A stretch of 64,000 bases of DNA from Centroscyllium fabricii (lineage: Eukaryota), in assembly GCA_051313645.2 (NCBI GenBank), contig JBNRSN020000011.1:77500001-77564000 (forward strand), in the 5' to 3' direction. Below the pieces are notes generated by a model that was not told the origin of the DNA, searched no databases, and saw only the letters and a list, made by a program, of their open reading frames with translations. The position numbers were made by a program, and so were the translations under genes. Position 1 is the first letter of the stretch; every line of letters begins with the position of its first letter. This document shows, piece after piece, positions 1 through 13,367 of this stretch.

Positions 1-92
1 TGGGGTTTCCAGGCCCTTGGGAGGGCGGGCCAGAAACCCGACCCGACCAAAACCTGCCAGATTCCCTCACCTTCGAGAAAATCCCCACCATA
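1..92. mobile_element. Probable right end of a Harbinger-like MITE cut by the window edge
   Basis: GC-rich subterminal sequence ending GAAAATCCCACC, similar to the MITE termini at 4710 and 9382. Confidence 0.4.
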
Positions 93-1429
93 GACAGTGA
101 ACGATAAGAGTTAAGTAGTGGAAAAATAAAGAGATTGGTAGATAAATAAAAATAACAGAAACTGGTAAGTGCACATACAGCTAAGTGCACAGATTGAAAG
201 GTATCATTCACAAATATACCGAAATAAACAGAATTACGTAGTTCTACTTCGCAGTGAACATTAAGAATTGTCTATATTTTTTAACACTGATTAGCAAGAA
301 AAGAGCGAAATACCCCAGTGAAAACATGCCTGTTTGTTTCTGTTGTGTAGACATTTTGAATGTTCCAGTTCGGGATGGTTTCCCATTGAAGACCTTCTCT
401 GTCCTCTGGAGAGGCCGCGGCTACAACTGGTCCTGGACTCCCTGCTTCCCTCTGTGAGCCGGAGTGTGTCCCTGGGTTTGTGTACACACCCTGCACACAG
501 CAATCAGGCGGTGTCACGTGGCTCTGACTGGCTGACAGCTCCTCCAAACTTTCAAACATCCAATCTGGAAGCATCTTTATGGCAGCGAATATAAACATTA
601 AGCCTAGACGCATCTTTATGGCAGCAAATATATGATTATACACATAAAAAAATCAACCGAGTTACTTAAAGGGGTAATGGCACGAGCTCCAAATACAAAG
701 TGAAAAGTCACTCCACAAAAAAAAATTGACTTTGCAACGTTGAACAGACAGCTCCGCACCACCCCCCCTCCCCCGCCTCCCGCCCCGTGTAAAAACAAAA
801 CCTTGTCGAAGCTGATTACATTGAAAGGGTTGGTGTCCCCTACTTTGACTTTTGAGAGATCTTTTGCAAAATGAGGCAGCCCCTTTAACGGTGAAACGCT
901 GGAGCAGCCCTGTTTGTATTGCGGGCCGGGGATTAGGAAGCGCGGACCGAATAGGCTTTGGGAAATATCTACCCAGCCAAATCAGAAAGACGATTGTTTT
1001 TTTCTCCTTTCAACATTCCAACACATTCAAAATCAACTTGTCTTAGAAAGTAAAACCCTTGGAATATTGTATAGAAATCCCAACAGGTCCAAGTACTGCG
1101 ATGATCAACTATCCGGTGGGTGGGACCTCATTGTGTGGGGTGCCGCTTCTTGCAGTGCCACACACTGGGCTGGGCTGGGCTATTCAAGCAGTCCCTCCTC
1201 GGTGTATTGACTCCGAGGCCCTCTCCCTTGTATTTAGTTCTCTCGGTAGGTTCACTGTCGGAACACACATACCCTGCCCACACTCGACGCTCCTCCGCCT
1301 CGGGTTTCTCGCTCCTTCAGCCTCTCCAAGAAAGACAAACTTTCTGCCACTGGTATTTTATTTGAGACTCTCCTAAAAACACTTGCTGTTCGCTACCTTT
1401 TACCACTCCTTCAAAACCATCCTAAAACT

Positions 1430-1640
1430 CTTTACCCAGACAGTGGTTAAAATGTGGAACTCGCTGCCACAAGGAGTAGTTAAGGGGAATAGCATAGATG
1501 CATTTAAGCGGAAGCTAGGTGAGGGAGGAAGGGATAGAGGTTATGATGGGGTTGGATGAAAGAGGGTGGCAGGAGGCTCGTGTGGAGCAGAAACACCGAC
1601 ACCGTTCAGTTGCGCCGAATGGCCCGTTTCTGTGCTGTAA
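1430..1640 (+). mobile_element. CR1 LINE 3' fragment
   Basis: TTTACCCAGACAGTGGTTAAAATGTGGAACTCGCTGCC (FTQ.VV..WNSLP) and GCCGAATGGCC tail. Confidence 0.7.
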
Positions 1641-2384
1641 ATTGCCTTTGGTTCCATTTACCCCAACCTTTCCCCTCTTCTGCTCGGCATCATCTTAGAA
1701 AGTGTGCGAGGCCTCCTGTGTGAGGGGCACTGTTCAAATACAAACTGTGTTGAGTGATGACTAGTGCCCTAGACACTAATTAAAGTATGGCACGCTTCCT
1801 CTGTGTTGGTGTATTCCAATCATTCTTTTAGGGCTGTTTTCATAAACTCCAAATATTCCAAATTCCACGTTAACAATTCCTAAGTTTTGTTCTGTTCTGT
1901 ACCTGGATGTACATTCCCGTATTATAAATTTACATTTTCTAGACTACATTCAAATCTCTGTAGAAATCACCCTTCAGTGAACTATGTGAGGAACGTTTAT
2001 AGCAGCGAACCTTGGCTTCCTTTTAAGTAGACTGGCGGCGGCTGAGGAATCTAAGGTGGGTGGATGTGACTGGGGAGAGGGATGGGGTATGGGGAAGGAT
2101 GGGGGTCTGTTTACATAATGGTCCATTTTGTCCAGTAATCTTAATGGCATTCATAGCTGAAATTTAGAAACTCCGCGTTCAAACAGTAAACCCAGCTAGC
2201 GAACAATTTCAGTCTAGAACATCAATTGACTGTATACCCTCCACCTTATTTGAGCAACACAGACATAAATGCCCACTGTCTCTTGTCTGCTTGACTCTTG
2301 TGTATATACACCGTTGCAACAAAAATGTACAGCAAATGGATTTCGAAAAAGACCCGTTTAGCACCAACTATATTTTCATAATAA

Positions 2385-2449
2385 TTTATTGATGCATTTC
2401 TAGTCAGATATAAACCCACGTCTTTGAGTGCTTGTTACTTTATTGTACA
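2385..2449 (-). terminator. Candidate PRRX1 polyadenylation signals
   Basis: Minus-strand AATAAA at 2444-2439 (preceded by TGTA) and at 2390-2385, about 600-660 nt after the stop in an AU-rich 3' UTR. Confidence 0.55.
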
Positions 2450-3045
2450 CAAAAGAATCGTTTTTCCTTTAAGCATCGGTAAAGGGTGTTACAGATGTAG
2501 ACAGAATAGGAAATCAAATTTGCCTTATCTCAAAAAAACGTTTGGTCAACAAAAATTGCCTTATCAAGCTTGTCTCTATAGAAAAAATACATTGCTAACA
2601 ATAACCTTGTCATGGGATACAAAATGTAAAATCTGTATAGAAACAATTAATATAACTTTAATACAACACTCAGTTGGAGACCCAATAAAAGCCCCTTAAA
2701 AACATACACACACAAAAAAAAATCGTGTAATTGGTCTAGCCAAAGTTTGAAAAATTGTGTCCCAGTATCTTAAATCCAGGATGGAAAAGGTTTTTTTTTG
2801 GCAAAACTGGAATATATACTTACTCTTATCTTTACGTAAAAATCCACAGGGATGAAACGCGTCAGCAATTCTGGCTCTATACAGGTCAAGTATTTGTGCG
2901 TGTCCGTGTTTTAATTAGCCTGTTGCATTGGATATTGTTGCTGTATTTAGATTGTGTTCTTGTCCCTTCCTTGAGACCTGCTGCTGATGCTGTCTGGTTG
3001 CAGAGAATGGACTGACCCATGGTTGTTCTAGTCCATGAGGGGCTC

Positions 3046-3184
3046 TCAGTTCACGGTGGGCACCTGATTTCTTTGTAAGCTGTACTCTTTGGCCTTGAGA
3101 CGAAGGTTTGCAATACTGTTGGCCATATTCATTCCTTGAGTCGGGTTAGTGGTAGTACAAGAGGACGAGTATGTAGTCATCGCA
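3046..3184 (-). CDS. PRRX1: PRRX1 last coding exon (139 nt), OAR domain and stop
   Basis: cccgcag|T acceptor; AMTTYSSSC...NMANSIANLRLKAKEYSLQRNQVPTVN*; the four exons sum to 741 nt = 246 aa + stop with compatible phases. Confidence 0.97.
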
Positions 3185-3818
3185 CTGCGGGATAAACAAA
3201 CAGAATATTGGCTAGCAAGCAACAGAAAACACACCTCGCAATATCTATTTATATTTTTTCTTTGTATTATGATTGTAATTTACGAAATTTAGAATGTCAC
3301 TAACTCAGCAGGTTTTTCATATTAACAGAGGAAAATGACGAGCTGTGCGTAGTAATATCAGGAGCCTGACTTAGGAAAGTTTTATATCACGGGAAACGGA
3401 TAGTGTGTTATGTTCACGTCGTTCACTTACTGGCCAAACAAATGCCCTAGGTTTCTTGCAAAATAAATCACCCATTCGCAATTGGACCCGTTTTAATACT
3501 CTCCACTATCGGTAATAGTTTATTGGTCTGAAACATTTCACACGAACAAACGGGCCTCAAAGTAGCAACGTAATGGAATGTCCCCTTTAAACTACAACAA
3601 TAATAAACTAACAATCTGAAGCAAGCGATATTTGGAATGTGAAGTCTTTAGAACAGGCTCTGTGGGTACTCGCACGGTTCAGAGTCCGCCTCTTGTGCTG
3701 GGCTGGACAGTGAAAAGAGGCGGCAGGGACTGGGAATACAAAAGCTGCCTAGCGATCCATTTCTGGCGTTTAATTCGATCACAATCGGATCAGATCCAGG
3801 GAGTGAAGTTTACAGTTT

Positions 3819-5504
3819 GCCATAGTAAAATACTGGAAATCCGAAAAAACAGCAACAGAAGACGCTGGTGAAACTCAGCAGGCCAGGCAGCATCGGTGGA
3901 GAGAGGAGCAGAGTTAAGGGGGGGGATTTTTCTGGAAGGGCGGGAACCTGGCGGGGATTGGTCTGGGCCGCCTCCGGCCCCGCCCGCCCAAACAGCTAGG
4001 AAGCCCACACAATTTTAGGTTAATGAGGTTGTTAAATCCCCATCGGGAGCTGGAGGTAATTAGGTCAATGAGTCTGCTGCACTTTGATTGACAGTTCCAG
4101 CACTGGTTGTTGTCAGTTCCCATGGCAACACTCCACTGTGACATCACAGTGGAGTGGAGCCATTGGGAAAGGCCAAGTGCTGGTGACTGACAGGTGGGCG
4201 GGCGGGCCATGAATCCCTCACAGCTCGCACTGGCTGTGAGGACATGGTGAGAACTGAGATTGCTCAGTTTCTGTTCACAGCTGATGCTGAAGCCAGAACG
4301 GAGTTAGTATCTCCTCGAAGGTGCTGGAGGCATGCCAAGCATTTGGCAGCATGTCCTTCACACCTTAAAGGAGAAAGTAATAAATTCAAGAAGTCACACA
4401 CCAGGTTATAGTCCAGAAGTAATAACCAGCGCTATGCTCCTGCTAAGGTGGCGGGGTTAGGGCGGGAAACAAGGCAAAACGGCTGAGGGCCCTTAAAATG
4501 GCATTAAAGATGCCAATTAAGGGCCCTTAACGAGGTGACAACCCATCCCCGCCGGTCAGCGGCGGGAAGGTTTCGGGGCGTGGAATCTGGGCGGGGGAAA
4601 ATGAGAAAGCGGCGGGGATATGGCGGGGAGGGACGGGACCCGCCGGTGCCGCTATTTTGCCGGCCGGGCCACCCAAAACCCCGCCTCACGGGGACATGAA
4701 AATCCCCCCCAACGTTTCAGGTCGATGACCTTTCTTTAGAACTGGAGCGGGGATAGATTTGAAAGCTAGTAGGGGCTGGGGAAAGGGGGAGGGGCTGAAA
4801 GAGCAAAGGGGATTTCAGCGACAGGCGAGAAGACGGGGAGATAAGAGACATAGGGAAAAATTCAAGGAACACAGGATGGCTCTGGATGGGTGTGAACAGC
4901 TCTAGCAGAGAAAAGAAAAAAGAAAAAAGCCCAGATGAAAGTGCAGATTGAAAAAAGAGAAAATATATATAAAAAATGTGTGGTAGGGGCCAAGGTTATG
5001 ATCTAAAATTGTTGAACTCTATGTTTAGTCCAGAGGACTGTAAAGTGCTTAAGCGAAAGATGAGTTGATGTTCCTCGAGTTTACGCTGCGCTTCCGTGAA
5101 ACAATGCAACAGGCCACAGACGGTGAGGTCTGAATGGGAGTGGAGTGGAGAATTAAAGTGACAGGCCACCGGGAGCTCGGGGTCCCCCTTATGGACTGAA
5201 CGGAGGTGTTCCACAAAGTGGTCACCCAATCTGCGTTTGGTCTCCCCGATGTAGAGGAGACCACATCGTGAGCAGCGAATACAGTATACTAAATGATAGC
5301 AAAATACTGCAGATGCTGGAAATCCAAAATAACAACAGAAAATGCTGGAAAAACTAGAAGGTGGGGCCCTGTGCAAGCGCAGGAGATGCAACACATGCCC
5401 TTATACTTCCCCCCTTCCCACTGTCCAGGGCCCCAAAAACCTCTTCCAGGTGAAACAGCTCTCCACTGATGCTGCCCAGCCTGCTGAGTTTCTCCAGCGT
5501 CTTC
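3819..5504 (-). mobile_element. Penelope-like element (GIY-YIG endonuclease fragment plus pLTR pieces) with nested MITE
   Basis: LVYCIRCSRCGLLYIGETKRRLGDHFVEH...GLNIEF (4996-5293); flanked by 15-bp direct repeat TGAAGTTTACAGTTT (3804-3818, 5505-5519). Confidence 0.88.
3918..4710. mobile_element. Non-autonomous DNA transposon (PIF/Harbinger-like MITE), copy 1
   Basis: TIRs GGGGGGATTTT / AAAATCCCCCC; inserted at a TAA site; homologous to 8603-9382. Confidence 0.8.
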
Positions 5505-7407
5505 TGAAGTTTACAGTTTACCCGCAATCTATCGTGAGAAGAGGTATGTGAGAGAGATCGTGGAACTCCCAGAACAGCAAAGAGATCTGGTGGCCAACCC
5601 AAAGGAAAACAAGTATGATCCAGAATTTGTTTCCCATGCATTTAGCGGGTTTCTTAATCTGAAAGAAGAATCGGACGCCTGTGGTTGAGATGACTGCCCA
5701 CTGCTGCGGAGAATGCTGACTGACACAGGGGAAGGTTGGCACCGGTGACCCCATTATACCTAATTGTATGGGCTCCTAAGATATTAACATTTTAAACATC
5801 CTGCTCCATGGCATTGCAGGATTTAAAAGTCTAGGTGGGAGCATTCTTTGAGAGTCTGGTGCCACCTGATCAATAGCTAAATTGCCATTTGTTAGGCCGA
5901 ATTATTCTCTGCACGCTTTCTCTGGTTTTCGCCAATTTAACCATGAGCATGTCCATTTATTAGATACGAGAATACGTAGGTTCTTAGTCTCTTATATGTG
6001 CAGTATGTCATTGTATATAATACAATTTAAAAATGTACCCCCTCCGAGATCAGAACTTTATGCTTATTGAAGAGAATACCAGAAAGTGGAAAAGCTTTGG
6101 ATTTCAGAGACATGCTTCAACTTGAATTTCCAAGGAACCCACTTTTATATAAGGATGCTCTGATGGTTTCAAGCTTTCTTTATTTTACGTTCCAAAATTC
6201 AGCTATCTTTGATGATTTAATCTATTCTATGTAAATTCCACCACAAACTCCTACACTTGCCTTATCTTCAAGTACTGCTGTGAGGCAATCAGCCCCTTCA
6301 CTCATTTAAAACACAGCGAACATTCCCGGGAAACCCAGGCTCTTTCCTGTTCGCCTACACCAGGACAGTCACTGCACTCCAAAAGGGTTTCAAGATGTTA
6401 ATGACCCAAAAGACACTGTACAAATGTAAGGGTTATTATTTGTCACACAAATGCAAGGGTGATGCCTGCCCTTATCAGGCAATATTCATGGAAAGGGCCC
6501 AATCTTAGAACAGTTAACCTATACATTGCATTACATTAGTTTCTATGTGGTATTAATTTGTTTGTAATAAGAAGAACCCTCATTAAGTCCTGCATTGCTA
6601 CATTTTCAGGAATGGACTAATTAAATCTTCATTGCTATAACTCTCTAATATATTTTGGATAGTTTTCTACTTTAACTGCAGATGCTGGGTTGACACTGGC
6701 ATTTGCTTTAGAGTGGTGTAAGCTGGTACTACTGGGTTATACATAGTCTCAGGGAACATCTGGGGCAATGCTGGGTGAGTGGGACATAACCCAAGGCAAA
6801 AACAATTGTGTGTGCCTATAGTGAAAGGTCACCTCCCTGCCAAAATTTGAATCACCAACAAATCAAAAATCAATTATACTATAGTTTGTATTGAAGAATT
6901 GAGGAAACGCCCTTGTATTAATACTCAAACTGTAGTATAACTAACCCTAAAGAGGATATATTTCAACACAAGTAATCAACAGAAACTAGAGACTTGAAAG
7001 ATCAACTGACAAGCACAGCTACTAACTCTGGCAACAGTGCAACATTTTTACTATTTTATGCATTGCTTCTAAGTAATAGTATCGCACTGCTCTCCTAAAT
7101 ATAACATTCCTCATCTTTGTACTTACTCTTTCGCTACCTTTCACTTGAAACTTTACCCTAAATCTGAATCCCCATGCTTCTGTGACCTCTAACACGATTC
7201 ATAAACCATAAAAATAAAATGTTGATTGACAGGCTGTCAGAATGGCTAACACTGTTGTAGATGGCACACAAATGGCTTCAGAACATATGCTTTGAATGTG
7301 CATAGCATCTTAATAAGATATATTATTAGCTAGTTAAAATAATCACACATAAACATTATTTGATCATAGGTACAAAATCGTGATGGAAACAAGGCCTTAC
7401 AAAACAA

Positions 7408-7539
7408 TTTAAATTGAAAATATTCATTTTTTTCCATTTGAAAACGTACTGTAGCTGTTATAAATCAAATATCTTTAAATTGAAAATATTCATTTTTTTC
7501 CATTTGAAAACGTACTGTAGCTGTTATAAATCAAATATC
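7408..7539. repeat. 66-bp exact tandem duplication
   Basis: TTTAAATTGAAAATATTC...CAAATATC twice (7408-7473, 7474-7539). Confidence 0.92.
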
Positions 7540-7677
7540 CTATAACCAACAATAAGCTGTGATAAATATTACATAGCTAGCTATGTTACTTCCTCTGTGT
7601 CTTTTATTTTTGGAGGCAATAAACATATCCATATAGAGAGGAGAATGATAAAGATGTATTTTGTGTGTAATCAAATA

Positions 7678-7683
7678 TGTGTA

Positions 7684-7720
<37 letters not shown>
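7678..7720. repeat. (TG)n(AG)n microsatellite
   Basis: Visible directly. Confidence 0.9.
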
Positions 7721-7721
<1 letters not shown>

Positions 7722-8602
7722 ACACAAGGGCAAACAAACAGATATTGAATGATTCAATCCCTGCTGTCACATGCTCCCTGACAAATCTGAACTACAGTCC
7801 TTATAAAGTAAGTGGTGTACATTGCTTGAGTGTTACTGATCAGTGCTCTTTATATCTAGGCATATGGGCACAGTGTATATTAATGTGATTGATACATACC
7901 CATTGTGTACAGAGGAATTGTGGATGGGACTTATGGAGTCCAATAGGATGTACGGCCAAAGAGACTAGCAGTAGGGTAAGGTTGATCCTCAAGTGTGTAC
8001 AGTCTGTTTAGAAAGGTGGTGCACAGAAAATGTGGAAATTACCCTTGATGTACTGGTTATTGATAATGTTCTATTGACATCAGATTATTGACACAGCAAT
8101 CATTCCAAATGAATAACTTCAATTTCAAGTGAATAAATACATTTCAGATTGTGTTGCATATAGTCAGCATTGGAATTAGAACCAAGTGTGCATGCTATCG
8201 TATGTGTGTGCATGTGCCTGTGTGTGTGTGCGTTCTAATTATCGGCAGCAATCATTGAGGAGACTTAATTAACTACATGTTAAAGAGACTTAATTAAACT
8301 AGAGTCTATAGTTTCAATAGAGAGCTTTCACTGTGCTATGGATGCTGAGATAACTCTGCCTCCAATGCATTTTTTTTTTCTTTGTCCAGAAGTGGAGAAA
8401 GAAATATAAAGCCTGCATGTGGGAATTACTGATACAGTCTATACAGGCAGAACAAGGGGCTTTTTGTCACTAAAATCAGAATGTCCTGGGACACATAAAA
8501 GGTATGGTCAAAGCTGTCTCCAATTGCAGTGACAGTGACAATGGTAATACAGGTAGTAATAAGCATTACTTTTCAGGTTATTCTATCTGACACACAGACT
8601 GT

Positions 8603-9382
8603 GGGGGGGATTTGTCCGGAGGTGCGGGAACCTGGCGGGGATCGGTCGGGGCGGGTTCCTGTCCCGCCTGGCCAAAGACCTGGGAACCCCACGCAATTTT
8701 CATTTAATTGAGTTGTTAAATCCCCGCCTGCGGCAGCCGGTGATAATTGAATCAGTCAAGTCGGGGCTGCAGCAGGGCTCGAGCAGTTTGATTGACAGTT
8801 CCAGCACTGGTTGTTGACAGTTCCCATGGAAACACTCCACTGTGACATCAGAGTCGAGTGGAACCAATGGGAAAGGTCAAGTGCTGGTGACTGACAGGTG
8901 GGCGGGCGGGCTCCGAATCCTTGACAGCTCCGCACCGGCTGTGAGGAAATGTGCAAAGCTGAGATTTCTCAGTTTTTCCCACAGCTGGTGTACCCACCAC
9001 GGAGTTACTTACTCCTCTAAGGTGCTGTAGGCATGCCAAGCATTTTGCAGCATGTCCTCACGACCTTGAAGGAGAAAGTAATGACCAGCGCTGTGCTCAA
9101 GCTGGGTTTCACCCAGTGGGGTTTAAGGTGACGGAGAATGGGTGGGAAATGGCTAAAAATGGCTAAGGGCCCTTAAAATGGCATTATAGATGCCAATTAA
9201 GGGCCCTTAACAACCTCAACAACCATCCCCGCCGGCGGGAAAGATTCGGGGCAGGTAAAGAGGCCGTCCGAAAATGCAAAACCGGCAGGGATCCGGCGGG
9301 CTGGGGCAGGACCCCAAAATTTTCTATTTTCACCTCCTAGCCGCCCAAAACCCCACCTCACGGGGACATGAAAATCCCCCCC
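8603..9382. mobile_element. PIF/Harbinger-like MITE, copy 2
   Basis: Same TIRs; 3-bp TSD TGT; colinear with 3918-4710. Confidence 0.82.
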
Positions 9383-9506
9383 TGTCTGTGGATTGAGCAC
9401 ATATTGATGAGTATGCTGAGATTAGGTTGTAGGTAGGTTATGATGTACACGTTTAAGCTATATCTCATGCTAAGTAATCATTTATATAGGAACATTTACA
9501 TTTTTT

Positions 9507-9930
9507 GGGCTCTGCTGATGGTTTAGTGAGTAAAAGCGATGCCTGTTGTAACACTAAGTAATAAAAGTAAGGAAGTTGCATGCTCCATCCCGGATCAGTG
9601 TTCAATTAACTGGTAGTGGGATATCACTACAAATGGCCTCAGTGCCTCTAGCCCAGCGAGGGGAAAAGCTGCTGGTGTTCCCAGTACTAATCATGATAGC
9701 TAGATAAGTGTAAGTTGTTGCTGTTGTGGTTGTTATTCAGTGATTCCTGCTACACATTGTACATGTTTGGACGTAAAGTGAGGACAGAACCTGGCTTGGC
9801 TGTGATGCTCTCTGCAGTCAGATTACATGCCAACACTCACTACCCAGGTTCACGCATGAATAACAGCCACTTGGGCGAAATACTAGAGGGTGGCTAGTGT
9901 TGGTGGAACTGCTTGAGGGAAGGAGGGGAA
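9507..9930 (+). mobile_element. Old SINE-like repeat (related pieces at ~57710-57920 and ~58600-58860)
   Basis: Shared words CATGAATAA..G.CACTTGGG.GA and GGCTTGGCTGTGATG; tRNA-like head; family not identified. Confidence 0.4.
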
Positions 9931-10785
9931 AATATCAATGGAAAATCAATGGAAAAACAAACTAGGGACAAAATATAACATGAAGGTAAAATAAATTAAT
10001 TCAGACAACATGTATTGTTGGAGCTTATGGAGTAGCAATTTGTGCTCCCAATTTTTCTCATGGTAACTGCAATTTTTAATCACACCATTATGAGAGGGGC
10101 TGATGGGAGGCCAATTGTTTTGTTTACAAGGAGAGAGAAAAAGTGCCACAGTACTCTCTCTTACACCTTGAAGCAGCTGGCTAGCGATATACTGGCCTAG
10201 GACTAGCTCTCCAGTGTGTCTTATTGGTTGCCAAAGATCTATGGGTCAAGGGGGCCATGTGAGGAAAGAAATAATAAAACAATAATCTACAATAAAATCA
10301 TAGGGATAGCTGGCTGGCAGGACAGATAGTCAGTGTGTGGGATAAATGAATGCAGAATAGAAACCCATTTGTTTTTATATTGTGCTTAGTGGGCTCCACC
10401 AGCTCCTGACATGAGCATCTCACACAGGGAACAGCAACCTTGGAGGAAACTTGCTGGATTGCCTAAAGTGAACCATGAGGAAGATCCATTTTGGAGCCTC
10501 GCACGTCACTATGTGCACCATAAAAACAACCCTTGATTAAGTCACTATGGGTGTGAAATTTCTTCTCTCCATCCCAGTTCGTACTCATTGACCCTACTGG
10601 TAAAATTATCAACAGTAGGAATTTTGCCAGATATGTGACCTGAGAAGTGAGTCTCACTGGTAGAAATAATCTGCTTCCCACTGAGATGGTTTTCAAATAA
10701 TGTGCTGATTAGTGAGTATGTTGAAAATAACCATGGATGGGCGGGATATATAGATTAATGTTTTATGGGCCGATTATTAACTAAT

Positions 10786-11536
10786 GGCCCAGAAATTCGG
10801 GTCCCAACAGGTGAGTACGCGCTGGGTACTCACGCGTCGGCCCATCCAAAGTGCCATTTTCGTGCATGCACCACGCATGTGCGCAAAACCGGCACTTCCG
10901 ATCCCCTGACAGAAGGGGTCAGGGGTCGGAACGCCTGCGCGGGAGCGGGTGCGTGTGCGCAATGCACTTCTGATTTTTTTTTACAGGTTCTGTGTATGGG
11001 TAAGTATGGAAAAAGTTATGGCTGCTTTTTTAATGTGCAAAGACTGGTTTTCAGAAGGTAAGTGGTGAATGAATTCTTTCTAAAACATTTTTTCCACAGG
11101 TTTTTCATTTTTAAATACTTTAAAGAAAGGTACGTTTATTTTTAGCTCCGTTAAAAACTTTAATTATTTTTTCAAAAATTTTAATTTTTGTTTAAAATAG
11201 TTAATTTATGTAATTGATAGTTATTTTTAAAAATGTGATTTAAAAAAATGTATTTGAAGATTTAGTGATGTTTTGGGGCTTGTAGTATTCATATTTTTGA
11301 CAGGTCTTCCTGTCAAACTTATGAATGGAGCCTTCTGTGCTCCGTGGCCCATGTGATCCCACGCGATCCCTCGCACTATCTTCGCCACTGGAATCCGGGA
11401 GCACGGCACGGCGGCAGTTGAGGAGGGCCCCGCATCAGAATTCCACACGGGCCCACAGCTCAACGGCCGGCGTGCTAGGTAAGTGCAGGTTGGAGGCTTA
11501 CACTCGCGGGAAGCCTCCAACCCGAATTTTTGGGCC
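10786..11536. mobile_element. PIF/Harbinger-like MITE, second family
   Basis: TIR GGCCCAGAAATTCGGG / CCCGAATTTTTGGGCC; 3-bp TSD AAT; GC-rich ends, AT-rich centre. Confidence 0.82.
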
Positions 11537-12797
11537 AATATCTGGAAACTGTCTGGAACCAGGGCCTTTTCTCCCTGGTGTCAACAAAATGCCTACTGAT
11601 TAGAAGATAGATTATTAGGAGCTTGTGTTAATGGTGTTAAAGCACAAAGAAGGTGGTCCAGAACTCATATTCCAGGGCACCACCAAAGTTTAAATGAGCA
11701 CAAGGGAAAATTAAGTAAATCCAGAAATAGTGATTAGGTAATGCCAAGCTTGAAAGTATGTTCATTGTAGGAAAAGAAGACTGAGGAAGACCACATGTTG
11801 AGGTCTTGGCGTACATCTATTAGGAGTATGTATAGATTGCATAAGCACTTATAGCAGATATGATACAGGAATTTTATCGATTGTGCGAGTATATATAGGG
11901 GGATCTGTACTCGTCATTTCAAAGTATGAAGTATTACCAGTGATTATGCACAGTGAGATCCCATTCCACAGGATAGACATCATGTATTCAGGATTAAGGA
12001 TGTGGACCTTAGCCTGACCTGGATGCTTATATATTAAGTATCAATGGACTGGAATGTAAACAGTTTACATTTAAAAGACTGATAAATGATTATCTAAAGT
12101 TAGTTTTGTCAGATTACATCTTTTTGAAGTGCCTTGGGACTGTTTTGATGTTAAAGGCGTTACATAAATGTTGCTGCTGTAGTAGTAATATGGAGCTAAC
12201 ATTTCACAGGGTTAATCCTATGCTCTAGGAACTGACCCTGGAATCTGTAAAGCTCTTGTGGAAATAACCTTAAACTGAATTGGCTGTACAGTATCACTGA
12301 ATGGTGGGATGGTGATTTGTACTCAAAATCCTCCAGGGGCTGAGTTATCAATTTCAGCCATGTTACTGGAGCGAGACCAATTATTACCCAAAGGGAGAGA
12401 GAGTTTATCCGCAACCCATGCTTCTCCACCACCCAGTGACTGGCTTCAAAGCTACAGTGCCAGAGGTGTGGGTGAGGTTAACTGCCTGAACTCTGAACCA
12501 GATATGATACATGTCACTGGGAGACCCAGAAAGAGAGGGAGAAGGGGAAGAAAAAAATTAAGAGGGACTCTAACTCGCAATTAAAATAAATAAGTGATCA
12601 TTAAGTAGGCATTTTTCTTTGACAATGCTGTTCACAGTATCATTTTCCTAACTCTTAACAATGTTTAAAATTGAGATTGAGAATTAGAATCACTGGTTTT
12701 CACACAGGAGGCAAAGATATTGGACCCACTCAATTTGAGTGTGGTTACTAAGTAAATTAGATTCTTAGATTCATAGTTATTGCAGTGTACTTAAATA

Positions 12798-13367
12798 CAG
12801 TCAAAGCTGTACAGAAAGGCCACTCACGGGAAATGCAAAAAGTGGCCTTTATAGACAGGTGGCCTTTCTATACAGGTTGACGGTGGCCATTTTGTTTTTA
12901 TGTACAGCACATGTATATGTATATGCACATGTAGTGACAGTGTAATTGTTAAGTTTAGTCGAAGGCGACCCTGGGCGACAGCCAAGAAATTTTTGAATTT
13001 TTCCCCGATGTCGGCCACTTTGTTTCGCAGCACGGCAGGCTCCGACACCTGGTAACATTTTGAATGCCCATATCTCTGCATTCAGGCGTCGGAGTTATGC
13101 GCTTTTGTCACCGTTAGACAGGTTTCACCTGTTTCGTCGAAGGCGACCCCGGGCGACAGCCAAGAACTTTTTGAATTTTTTGCCGATCTCGGACATTTTG
13201 TTTCGCAGCCATTGGCCGCGACAAAACAGGTGGCCGCTGGTCTCATTGACCAGGCGGTCATTGTGTACAGGGCTTATAATACAGTATTTCTCTGCGGGGG
13301 AAACCGATGTGGCCGCTATGAACAGGTGGCCGTTCTGTAGAGGTGGCCGCTAACACAGGTTTGACTG
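12798..13367. mobile_element. Tc1/mariner (pogo/Tigger-like) MITE
   Basis: TA|CAGTCAAAGCTGT...ACAGGTTTGACTG|TA; subterminal GTGGCC repeats; internal ~70-bp duplication (12958 and 13136). Confidence 0.82.
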
